This document shows, piece by piece, positions 37,136 to 45,686 of a DNA stretch of 64,000 bases (the stretch's first letter is position 1; the number at the start of each line of letters is the position of its first letter). Both the position numbers and the translations under genes were made by a program. This DNA comes from an uncultured Alistipes sp. (GTDB lineage: Bacteria > Bacteroidota > Bacteroidia > Bacteroidales > Rikenellaceae), in NCBI GenBank assembly GCA_905213895.1, contig CAJMKE010000002.1, positions 30,124-94,123 of the forward strand. Reading direction: 5' to 3'. The notes below the pieces were generated by a model, which saw nothing but the letters and a program-made list of their open reading frames with translations, had not been told where the DNA came from and did not search any database.

Positions 37136-37197
37136 CCTTTAAGGACACTAACGACCTTAACGACCTTAAAGTCCCTAATGTCCTTAAAGTCTTTAAT
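37136..37197. repeat. Period-9 tandem repeat, copy g (the longest)
   Basis: The units read CCTTTAAGGAC ACTAACGAC CTTAACGAC CTTAAAGTC CCTAATGTC CTTAAAGTC TTTAAT. Confidence 0.7.
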
Positions 37198-37302
37198 CCC
37201 ATTACCCATCCCCGCCTTCCGCGAAAATTCTCCCGAATTGTTGCATGGTAACGAAAAAAGAGTTATCTTTGCCCGCTATGTTTAACTAAATATTTTACAA
37301 TT

Positions 37303-37497
37303 ATGCCAAAAATGAAAACAAATGCCGCTGCAAAGAAGCGTTTTACTTTCACCGGCACAGGTAAGATTAAGCGCAAGCACGCTTATCACAGTCATATCCT
37401 GACCAAAAAGACTAAAAAACAGAAGCGTAACCTCTGCTATTCGGGTATCGTTTCGTCTGCCGACGAGGCAAAAATCAAGAGCCTGCTGGTTAAATAA
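37303..37497 (+). CDS. rpmI: 50S ribosomal protein L35
   Basis: [27 protein letters not shown] is the canonical L35. Confidence 0.95.
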   Translation: MPKMKTNAAAKKRFTFTGTGKIKRKHAYHSHILTKKTKKQKRNLCYSGIVSSADEAKIKSLLVK

Positions 37498-37599
37498 CCG
37501 GTCGGACGAACTAACACAATTTATTAACACCGGAGCGACATAGCCCCAGAGAGTGCGAGAGAATCGCGCCGCTATCAACTCCATCAAAAACTTTTAATT

Positions 37600-37944
37600 A
37601 TGCCACGTTCAGTCAATGCTGTTGCGTCCCGCGCAAGAAGAAAAAAGGTTTTGAAACTTGCCAAAGGCAACTTTGGTTCAAGGGGAAACGTTTGGACGGT
37701 AGCGAAAAACACCGTCGAAAAGGGTTTGCAGTTTGCCTATGCACACCGCCAACTCAAAAAGCGCACATTCCGTTCGTTGTGGATTACGCGTATCAACGCC
37801 GCAGTCCGCGCCCAGGGAATGACGTATTCCGAATTTATCGGTAAAATCAACGCCAAAGGCATCGCCCTCAACCGCAAGGTTCTGGCAGATTTGGCGATGA
37901 ACGAGCCGAAAGCATTCGAGGCGATTGTAAAAGCAGTTAAATAG
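37600..37944 (+). CDS. rplT: 50S ribosomal protein L20
   Basis: [23 protein letters not shown] is the canonical L20. Confidence 0.95.
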   Translation: MPRSVNAVASRARRKKVLKLAKGNFGSRGNVWTVAKNTVEKGLQFAYAHRQLKKRTFRSLWITRINAAVRAQGMTYSEFIGKINAKGIALNRKVLADLAMNEPKAFEAIVKAVK

Positions 37945-38000
37945 CACTTTTGCATCACGCAAAAGCGGGTCGGGCGGCATGCGTGCCGCCCGATTTTTTT
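37945..38000 (+). terminator. Rho-independent terminator(s) after rplT
   Basis: Two hairpins are CTTTTGC-ATCAC-GCAAAAG and CGGGCGGCATGCGTGCCGCCCG. A T7 run follows. Confidence 0.7.
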
Positions 38001-38294
38001 AATCATATATACTTTATATTATATTGACATCATTTTGGACATAACGACGGGTTGTCGAAATATGATGTAAAATGGTATATATTAGTCCTTATTATATATG
38101 TTGCTTGCTCCTGCGAACATGCTCTGGCGACGCCGTCCGTGCGTTGCGTAGGCATATTGCGCGGATGATTCCGAATGCCGCCCAACTTTTGTCGAAATAC
38201 GAAAATATGCTGTGTTTTTATACGATAAAGTTTATTTTTTTGACAATTTCCGAGTCGTATATACAACTGGTTGATAATCAATATAAAAATTTTC

Positions 38295-38305
38295 GGGGGG
38301 GGGGG
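38295..38305. repeat. G11 homopolymer about 30 bp upstream of the candidate -33 element of the polysaccharide-locus promoter
   Basis: TTTTCGGGGGGGGGGGATTTTTG lies in AT-rich intergenic DNA. Confidence 0.9.
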
Positions 38306-38335
38306 ATTTTTGCAATAAAAAACACTACGAAATAT

Positions 38336-38366
38336 TTGGATTAAAGTATTATTTCATATACTTTTG
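38336..38366 (+). promoter_or_regulatory. Candidate Bacteroidota sigma-A promoter of the CPS locus (-33 TTTG at 38336-38339, -7 TACTTTTG at 38359-38366)
   Basis: The spacer is 19 bp. A leader of about 170 nt before upxY is usual for UpxY-regulated loci. Confidence 0.45.
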
Positions 38367-38540
38367 CGCTTGATATAGTACGGTTTCTTTTACAGAAACG
38401 TGCAAGATCGGATTTTACAGGCAATAAACTTCATACGGATATACTTATAACTGCTTGATGCATAGACTTGTATTGTATCAGGCAGGATTAGAGGAATTGC
38501 CATTCGGAGAATATAAAGCCCTGATACGGTTTCCGCAGCC

Positions 38541-39089
38541 ATGACACAAAAAGCCGAAACGACCGCACGCTGGTATGTGATGCGCGACCTTAAACGCCCG
38601 AATGCGAAGATGCCTGCATACCGACAACTTTCGGATGCCGGCATGGAGGTCTTCACGCCGATGCGTCAGGTACTTAAAGTCCGCAACGGCAGACGTATCC
38701 GCGAGAGCGTACCGTTTATCCGCGACCTGCTGTTCGTCCGCGAAATGCGCGCCGTTCTCGACCCGATAGTCGAAAAGACGCCGACGCTCCAATACCGCTA
38801 CCGCCGCGGCGGCGAATACCGTGAACCGATGGTCGTCGCCGACGCCGACATGGATATTTTCATGCGCGCCGTCGCCTGCTCGTCGAATCCGCGCTATTAT
38901 CTGCCGCAAGAACTTACTCCGTCGATGTGCGGATGTACGGTTCGGGTTGTCGGAGGCGTTCTCGACGGCTACGAAGGCAGACTGTTGAGCATCCGTGGTT
39001 CGCGCACCAAAAGACTTCTGGTGGAACTGCCGGATTTCGTAACCGTCGCCATCGAAGCCGACTTCGAATACGTGCAGATAATCAAATGA
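38541..39089 (+). CDS. upxY: UpxY-family NusG-like transcription antiterminator (CPS locus leader gene)
   Basis: The NusG N-domain is WYVMRDLKRP...VFTPMRQV and the KOW motif is VRVVGGVLDGYEGRL. It is the first gene of a polysaccharide operon. Confidence 0.7.
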   Translation: MTQKAETTARWYVMRDLKRPNAKMPAYRQLSDAGMEVFTPMRQVLKVRNGRRIRESVPFIRDLLFVREMRAVLDPIVEKTPTLQYRYRRGGEYREPMVVADADMDIFMRAVACSSNPRYYLPQELTPSMCGCTVRVVGGVLDGYEGRLLSIRGSRTKRLLVELPDFVTVAIEADFEYVQIIK

Positions 39090-39172
39090 CGGATTGCCGC
39101 CGGCACTTTGCAGCGGCATTGCGTATAGATGCATACGATAGATTACGACCCAAACAAATTTATTTACTCAAT

Positions 39173-41110
39173 ATGCAACGACTGATAACCAAATTGCATT
39201 TGGAGCGTTATTTGAGTTCCAAACTGATTCTCTGCATCGACCTTGCGATTTCCGTCATGGCATCGCTGGTCGCGCTCATAATCGTACACCTGCTCTTCGG
39301 AGGCGGCATCTCGAACCGTTTTGCACTGGTATGGCTGGTCGGCGCGACGGTATTCTCGCTGCTGCTGTATTATGTACTGAAAACATACCGCTTTATCATC
39401 CGCCATTCCACGCTGCGCGAAATCGCCAAGTTCGTGCTTGCGACTTTCGGCAAAGAGGTGCTGCTGGGATTGAGCGTGCCGGTGTTCGCCCGCGGCATCG
39501 TCGGGGGGGGGAATACGGCGGTATTGCTGCTGCTCGATTTCCTGCTTACGCTCTGTGCGCTGGTCGTGGTGCGCGTGATGATGATAGTCGGTTATGACCT
39601 GATAAAACACCGGTTGAAACGTCGCAGCAATTGCAGCCGTGTGCTGATTTACGGTACGGGCGACAAATCGGTGGCGTTGGTCATGCGTTTGCAGAACTCG
39701 CCGCACTACGAAGTGTCGGGATTCCTGACCTACGGACCGCGTCTGAAAAACCACATGCTCGCCCAACACAGCGTCTACTATTTCGAGAGTGCGGGCAACG
39801 TGAAGTATCTTCGCGGACGCTACGACATCGACGCCATATTGTTCGCCACCGAATCGGAAGCGCAGTCGGAACAGGAACGCCTGCTCAAATACGCCACCGA
39901 CAACGACATAAAGATACTCATCGCCCCTCCGATAGACGAGGTCGTGGGCGGCAGACTGATGAAGTCGTCCATCCGCGAAATCAAAATCGAGGATTTGCTG
40001 GGTCGTCCCGAGATAAAGATTTCGCTCGACGAGATAATCGCCGACTTCCGCGGCAAGACGATTATGGTAACCGGTGCCGCAGGCTCGATAGGCTCGGAGT
40101 TGTGCCGCCAGTTGGCGACGTTCGGCATCAGGAAACTCGTGCTGTTCGACAACTCCGAAACGCCGATGCACAACATCCGTCTCGAACTTGAAGAGCGTTT
40201 TCCGGAACTCGACTTCTCGCCCGTAATCGGCGACGTCCGCATTCCGGCACGTCTCGATTTCGTCTTCCGCACCTATCGCCCGCAGGTGGTCTTCCACGCC
40301 GCAGCCTACAAGCATGTGCCGCTGATGGAGGAGAACCCGTGCGAAGCGGTGCTGGCGAATGTCGCCGGTTCGCGCAACGTAGCCGACAAGTGTCTGGAAT
40401 ACGGCGTCGAGAAGATGGTGATGATTTCGACCGACAAGGCTGTGAATCCGACAAACATCATGGGTTGCACCAAGCGTCTGGCGGAGATTTACGTGCAGTC
40501 GCTGGGTCTTGCCGTCGAGCAGGGCAGGATAAAGGGACGGACGAGATTCGTAACCACGCGCTTCGGCAACGTTCTCGGCTCGAACGGCTCCGTAATCCCT
40601 CGTTTCCGCGAACAGATTGCAAAGGGAGGTCCGGTAACGGTAACGCACCCCGACATCACGCGTTTCTTCATGACCATTCCCGAAGCCTGCCGTCTGGTGA
40701 TGGAGGCTGCGACGATGTCCACCGGCACGCAGATATTCGTGTTCGACATGGGCGAATCGGTGAAGATTGCGCATCTGGCGAAACGCATGATAGAACTCGC
40801 CGGCTTCGAACCGGGCAAGGACATCAAAATCGAGTATACGGGTCTGCGACCGGGCGAGAAACTCTACGAGGAGGTGCTTTCCAATACGGAGAATACCCTG
40901 CCGACCTCGCACGACCGCATCCGCATCGCCAAGGTGCGCGAGTACGACTACGCCGACGCCTGCCGCGCCGCCGACATGCTCGAAACCCTCTCCCGCGAGG
41001 TGAACATACCCGACATGGTCCGACTCATGAAATCGACCGTCCCAGAGTTCATATCAAAGAACTCTCGGTTCGAGGTGTACGATAAAATAACGGAGTCAGT
41101 AAATAGTTAA
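39173..41110 (+). CDS. Membrane-anchored UDP-sugar 4,6-dehydratase, CapD/WbpM/PglF family
   Basis: Four N-terminal TM helices precede two Rossmann domains (VLIYGTG, MVTGAAGSIGSEL). The start is taken at MQRLITKLH, since the ORF track start at 38927 overlaps upxY. Confidence 0.8.
   Translation: MQRLITKLHLERYLSSKLILCIDLAISVMASLVALIIVHLLFGGGISNRFALVWLVGATVFSLLLYYVLKTYRFIIRHSTLREIAKFVLATFGKEVLLGLSVPVFARGIVGGGNTAVLLLLDFLLTLCALVVVRVMMIVGYDLIKHRLKRRSNCSRVLIYGTGDKSVALVMRLQNSPHYEVSGFLTYGPRLKNHMLAQHSVYYFESAGNVKYLRGRYDIDAILFATESEAQSEQERLLKYATDNDIKILIAPPIDEVVGGRLMKSSIREIKIEDLLGRPEIKISLDEIIADFRGKTIMVTGAAGSIGSELCRQLATFGIRKLVLFDNSETPMHNIRLELEERFPELDFSPVIGDVRIPARLDFVFRTYRPQVVFHAAAYKHVPLMEENPCEAVLANVAGSRNVADKCLEYGVEKMVMISTDKAVNPTNIMGCTKRLAEIYVQSLGLAVEQGRIKGRTRFVTTRFGNVLGSNGSVIPRFREQIAKGGPVTVTHPDITRFFMTIPEACRLVMEAATMSTGTQIFVFDMGESVKIAHLAKRMIELAGFEPGKDIKIEYTGLRPGEKLYEEVLSNTENTLPTSHDRIRIAKVREYDYADACRAADMLETLSREVNIPDMVRLMKSTVPEFISKNSRFEVYDKITESVNS
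39503..39511 (+). repeat. G9 homopolymer inside the capD-like CDS (encodes GGG in IVGGGNTA); currently in frame
   Basis: The context is ATCGTCGGGGGGGGGAATACG. Confidence 0.9.
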
Positions 41111-41131
41111 AAAGTGCATTTGGAGAATTTT

Positions 41132-41139
41132 GGGGGGGG
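41132..41139. repeat. G8 homopolymer in the intergenic region upstream of the GT2 gene
   Basis: The context is GAGAATTTTGGGGGGGGACTAAAAAAC. Confidence 0.9.
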
Positions 41140-41330
41140 ACTAAAAAACTTGTAAGGTGGTGCTATCCCAGTATTTCTACAGAATGACAAATTTAATATC
41201 TATCTGTAAAAACTAAATTTCGTTCTCCTTACAGCGAATTAAATATGACAAATAATGTTTAGGTAAATACGCAATATTGGGTTCGAATAAAATTATGACC
41301 TTTTATTACGATCTTAAGATTGATAACGCG

Positions 41331-42335
41331 ATGAATATAAAAGTAAGCATTATAGTTCCAGTTTATAATGTCAAACAATATCTTTCTCGATGTCTTACCT
41401 CCCTTGTAAATCAGACATTAAATGATATTGAAATAATTGTGGTAGATGATGGCTCTACTGATGGAAGTGAGCATATTATTGATGAATTTGCATTACGTTT
41501 TTTTAAAATAATGCGTGTTATTCATAAAGAGAATGGCGGATTGATGTCTGCGTGGACAACAGGAGTAAAAGCCGCCAAAGGGGAATACATAGGCTTTATT
41601 GATAGTGATGATTATGCAGCAGTAGATATGTTTGAAAATTTATATAAGTTAGCAACATCGAGCAATGTTGATATCGTTATCAGCAATTATATCGTAAATG
41701 GTATCGCATTGGGGACTCATCCAATTAAAGAAGGGCGATATGAAGGCGAACAATTAGTAAACATTTTCAAAAAGCACGTTTTCCCATCGCCGTATACATA
41801 TTCGATATCGATGTCAAGAATGCCTAAATTATTCAAGCGTCATATTATTACAGATAATCTAATATATACGGAAAGTTTAAGTAAAACATTTGAAGATCGT
41901 TATATAACTCCGGCAGCAATATTAAGTGCTCAATCAATATATTATACACCAAAGGGATATTATTATTGGATGCTTCGAAAAAATTCCAATCATGGTATGT
42001 ATAAAGAGCATTTGTTGGACGATATAAAACGGGTGTATAATGTGCAATATCAAATTATTCATGATAAACAATTATCGTTGGAGCAAATTTGGGAGGAGGC
42101 TTATTTAGATTTCATTCGTTTATATGTAGACAGAAATATTATAAAGGTGGAATCGCTATTTACAAAAATTAAATCTGCAAAAGAACTTTTAAACGATAAA
42201 CTGACAAAAGCAAGGCTTGATAAATACGGGCATTTATTGAGGAATAAGTTAGGTAAAGCAGTAATGATTTCGTATAAACTAAATTCTCCGGTCCTTCTTG
42301 CCGTATCGAGTTATTTGACCAGATCCGTTGACTGA
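41331..42335 (+). CDS. Glycosyltransferase family 2
   Basis: It has MNIKVSIIVPVYN...IEIIVVDDGSTDGS and a DSDD (DxD) motif. The start is taken at the Met before KVSIIVPVYN. Confidence 0.75.
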   Translation: MNIKVSIIVPVYNVKQYLSRCLTSLVNQTLNDIEIIVVDDGSTDGSEHIIDEFALRFFKIMRVIHKENGGLMSAWTTGVKAAKGEYIGFIDSDDYAAVDMFENLYKLATSSNVDIVISNYIVNGIALGTHPIKEGRYEGEQLVNIFKKHVFPSPYTYSISMSRMPKLFKRHIITDNLIYTESLSKTFEDRYITPAAILSAQSIYYTPKGYYYWMLRKNSNHGMYKEHLLDDIKRVYNVQYQIIHDKQLSLEQIWEEAYLDFIRLYVDRNIIKVESLFTKIKSAKELLNDKLTKARLDKYGHLLRNKLGKAVMISYKLNSPVLLAVSSYLTRSVD

Positions 42336-43861
42336 TGAGGAAGCCGTCTCTTAATGAACAAAGTGCTCTGAATGTCATTGGCAGTATCGTTGTAGTTGCT
42401 ATTAACGTTACTATCAATTTAGTGCTTTCTCCTTATATAGTAAAACATTTGGGAGTGGAAGCGAATGGGTATATTACGTTAGCCAATAACTTCGTGTCAT
42501 ATTTGACTATGGTGTCTATAGCATTAAATTCCATGGTCGGAAGGTTTATTTTAATAGATAATCGCAGAGGATATCAACAATCGGCTAATGAATATTACAG
42601 TTCTGTGTTGATTGGAGATTGGATAATGGCAATGGTATTCTTTATGCCAATGTTATTATTTGTTGTTTTTATTGACAGATTAATTAAAGTCCCAGACCAA
42701 CTTATATGGGACATAAGAATCCTGTTTGGGATAGTATTCTTCAATTATATTATTCAACTTTGTGTTCCGCAGTGGCAGACGGCGACCTACTGTACTAATA
42801 ATTTATATTTGCGGTCGTTGAAGAATGCGGTTTCCAATATTATTCGAGCAGTCTCTGTTTATTTGTTGTTTAGGCTGTTTACCCCTCATAGTTATTATGT
42901 CGCAGTGTCGGCGACATTTATGACGATTGTCAGTTTGTCGATCGATTATACTTTTTATAAAAAGTTAATGCCGGAATTGAAGTGGAGTATTTCGTGGTTC
43001 AGATGGAAAAAAGTTAAAGAATTAGTGTCGTCGGGTATATGGAATACGATTTCGCAATGCGGAAATCTACTATTGGAAGGATTCGATATTTTAATTGCTA
43101 ATATTTTCATCAATCCAGTAGCGGCAGGAGTTTTGGCTTTATCCAAGATGATTCCCAATATGATTAATCAAATAACTGGAACTGTGTCTACAACTTATGG
43201 CCCTCGACTGACATATCTATATGCCGATGGGAAAATAAATCAAATGGAGAATGAGATTAAAAATAATATTGTGTTGCTTTCAGTACTTTCGAATATACCC
43301 ATTGGAACTTTCTTCGTATTCGGGATTCCATTCTTTAAACTTTGGGTACCATCACAGGATGCATTTCAACTTACAGTCTTGTCCTCTTTGTCCTTATTAG
43401 GTTTACTCTTTGCAGGATTGGCACAATGTTATGTTAATATTTTCGGTGTTGTGAACAAGTTAAAACTTAACTCACTCATGATAGTTGGTTCAGGTTTAAT
43501 AAATTTGACATGTGTATTTTTATTATTGAAATATAGTTCGTTAGGGATATATTCCGTTGTAATAACGAGTTCGGTAATAACAATTATACGAATTATGACA
43601 TTCGTTATTCCATATTCCGCCCGTCTTATCGATACATCCAGTTGGAAATTGACAATATATCTACTGCGAGGTGCGATCAATGTTGTAATCCCGATTGGCA
43701 TAGGGCTAATATTCAGGTGTTTAATTGAAATAGACGGATGGGGAGGTCTTGTAACTGCAATCGGCGGTACAGCAATTATATCCGCACTTATTTATATGAT
43801 AGTCGTTTTAAATAGAAATCAGAGAGAGACGGTTCTTAGAATATTCCATGTAATTCAATAA
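42335..43861 (+). CDS. wzx: Wzx-type oligosaccharide flippase (MOP superfamily polysaccharide biosynthesis protein)
   Basis: The 508-aa protein has about 12 TM helices and is in a polysaccharide locus. Confidence 0.7.
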   Translation: MRKPSLNEQSALNVIGSIVVVAINVTINLVLSPYIVKHLGVEANGYITLANNFVSYLTMVSIALNSMVGRFILIDNRRGYQQSANEYYSSVLIGDWIMAMVFFMPMLLFVVFIDRLIKVPDQLIWDIRILFGIVFFNYIIQLCVPQWQTATYCTNNLYLRSLKNAVSNIIRAVSVYLLFRLFTPHSYYVAVSATFMTIVSLSIDYTFYKKLMPELKWSISWFRWKKVKELVSSGIWNTISQCGNLLLEGFDILIANIFINPVAAGVLALSKMIPNMINQITGTVSTTYGPRLTYLYADGKINQMENEIKNNIVLLSVLSNIPIGTFFVFGIPFFKLWVPSQDAFQLTVLSSLSLLGLLFAGLAQCYVNIFGVVNKLKLNSLMIVGSGLINLTCVFLLLKYSSLGIYSVVITSSVITIIRIMTFVIPYSARLIDTSSWKLTIYLLRGAINVVIPIGIGLIFRCLIEIDGWGGLVTAIGGTAIISALIYMIVVLNRNQRETVLRIFHVIQ

Positions 43862-43957
43862 TTATTACATATAAAATTAGGACCGACATACATTTTATTG
43901 ATAAGTTGCTAAACAACACTATATTTAGCGGTGTATTGATTTCATAAAAAATAATAT

Positions 43958-44689
43958 ATGAACATTTCAGTAATATTTGCGGGTGGTGTTGGCACCCGTA
44001 TGAATACAAAATCTCGTCCCAAGCAGTTTTTGGATCTGAATGGCAAACCTATTATTGTATATACAATTGAACTGTTTGAGAATCATCCCGATGTAGACGG
44101 CATAATCGTAGTATGTTTAGAGAGTTGGATCCCTTTTCTTCGTAAAATGCTTAAAAAATTCGAGATTACCAAAGTCGTTAGAATTGTTTCCGGAGGAGTA
44201 TCAGGTCAAGACTCTATATATAACGGTCTGTGTGCAGCAGAAGATTATGTCAAGGAACAAGGTGAAAGTAATGCTATAGTAATGATTCATGACGGAGTGC
44301 GTCCTTTGATAACAGAAGACACGATTACAGACAATATTGAAAAAGTTAAGGAGTGCGGAAGTTGTATTACGGTCGTTCCTGCTACCGAGACTTTTGTAGT
44401 AACTCACGAAGACGGTTCATTGGAACTGCCATCACGTTCGCTCTGTAAACTTGCTCGTGCACCGCAAAGTTTTTATCTGAATGATATCATTAGTGCGCAC
44501 CGAAGAAGCAGAAAAGAGGGTTTGACAGGATTTATCGATTCGTGTTCATTAATGAGTTACTATGGCTATAAATTGGGATTGATCGAAGGTCCTATGGAAA
44601 ACATTAAAATTACAACACCTACTGATTATTTCGTGTTTCGCGCAATGGTTGAAGTGCATGAAAATCAGCAAATATTCGGAATATACTGA
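43958..44689 (+). CDS. IspD/TarI-like nucleotidyltransferase (CDP-alcohol forming, e.g. ribitol-5-phosphate cytidylyltransferase)
   Basis: It has VIFAGGVGTRMNTKSRPKQFL...HDGVRPL. It overlaps the next gene at ATGA. Confidence 0.7.
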   Translation: MNISVIFAGGVGTRMNTKSRPKQFLDLNGKPIIVYTIELFENHPDVDGIIVVCLESWIPFLRKMLKKFEITKVVRIVSGGVSGQDSIYNGLCAAEDYVKEQGESNAIVMIHDGVRPLITEDTITDNIEKVKECGSCITVVPATETFVVTHEDGSLELPSRSLCKLARAPQSFYLNDIISAHRRSRKEGLTGFIDSCSLMSYYGYKLGLIEGPMENIKITTPTDYFVFRAMVEVHENQQIFGIY

Positions 44690-45686
44690 TGACACAAAGA
44701 CTTTATCAATTCGATATTCTCAAAGGAATAGGGATACTTTGCGTGTTGCTGGGGCATAGTGCTTTGAGTGGATTCCCCAAAGAGATCATATATGGTTTTC
44801 ATATGCCATTATTCTTTTTCTGTTCAGGAGTCTTCTTTAAAGATAGAAATTTGCGTGAAACTATAACTAAAAGCATAAAGCAACTCTTATTTCCATATTT
44901 GTTTTTCCTTTTGGTGTTATTGTCATGCGATTTTGTACTTTATCTGAAAGCGACACATAGTCTTTACGAAACGGTTATATCCATATATAATAGTATAAAT
45001 TGTCCTTTAAACGAAGATTGCCGCTTGTATTTAACGATTTGGTTTTTACCTTGTCTTTTTATTGTAAGAATATTATACGCGTTATTGTATAGGTGTTGCA
45101 AATGTAATGAGGGAAAACTATTGGCAATATCTATTATTGCCGGGGGGGGTATTTTATCGGTAATCATATAACCTTACCTTTTTTTCTCGATTCTGCAATT
45201 AGTTGTTTAATATACTATCATTTCGGTTATTGTTTTTATAAATATAATCTGTATAAAATCCGATTAGCATTACGATGGACAATACTTTTAGGGTTTTTAT
45301 ATATTCTTACTGTAGCATTGTTACATCCGCATGTCGATCTGAAGTATAACACATTCCCGTTCTATCTAATTATACTATCATCGATGGCAATCATCGTATT
45401 GTATCAGTTCAGTTTGTTTTTATCGAAAGAGTCGAATGTAATTTCTGCTTTTTTGATTAAATGCGGTAATTGCAGCCTTACGATGTTGGGTTTGCATAGA
45501 CCGGTTTGGTTATTCGTATATCCGATATGCTTGAAATTTGAATTTAACGAGTATATGCTAATAATAGTTGAAATGATTACTGCGGTGTCGTTTATACGAT
45601 TAGCGGATAAAATACTTAACAAATACGCTCCGACCTTGATAGGTAAACAAAATAACAATCTTGTATATTGTAAACAGCGCATATGA
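44689..45686 (+). pseudogene. Acyltransferase-3 family (OafA-like O-acyltransferase) gene interrupted by a frameshift at a G8 tract; candidate phase-OFF gene
   Basis: ORF 44689..45171 has the AT3 N-terminal motif FDILKGIGILCVLLGH. ORF 45318..45686 in frame +1 carries the remaining TM helices. Hand translation shows that reading a ninth G at 45142-45149 gives a continuous 332-aa ORF with no stop across 45150-45320. Confidence 0.65.
45142..45149 (+). repeat. G8 homopolymer at the frameshift point of the acyltransferase-3 gene
   Basis: The context is ATTGCCGGGGGGGGTATTTTATCG. Confidence 0.9.

Noticed and set aside
14903-37197. Period-9 repeats considered as possible CRISPR arrays
   Set aside because: The units are 9 bp with no intervening unique spacers, the copies are degenerate, and no cas genes are present. 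These are minisatellite-like tandem repeats, not CRISPR.
38000-38540. Invertible (fin-type) promoter upstream of upxY, as in Bacteroides fragilis CPS loci
   Set aside because: I searched the region for flanking inverted repeats of 10 bp or more and found only short direct repeats (TTGTCGAAATA twice) and a 6-bp hairpin. There is no recombinase gene nearby. The poly-G tract looks like the variable element instead.
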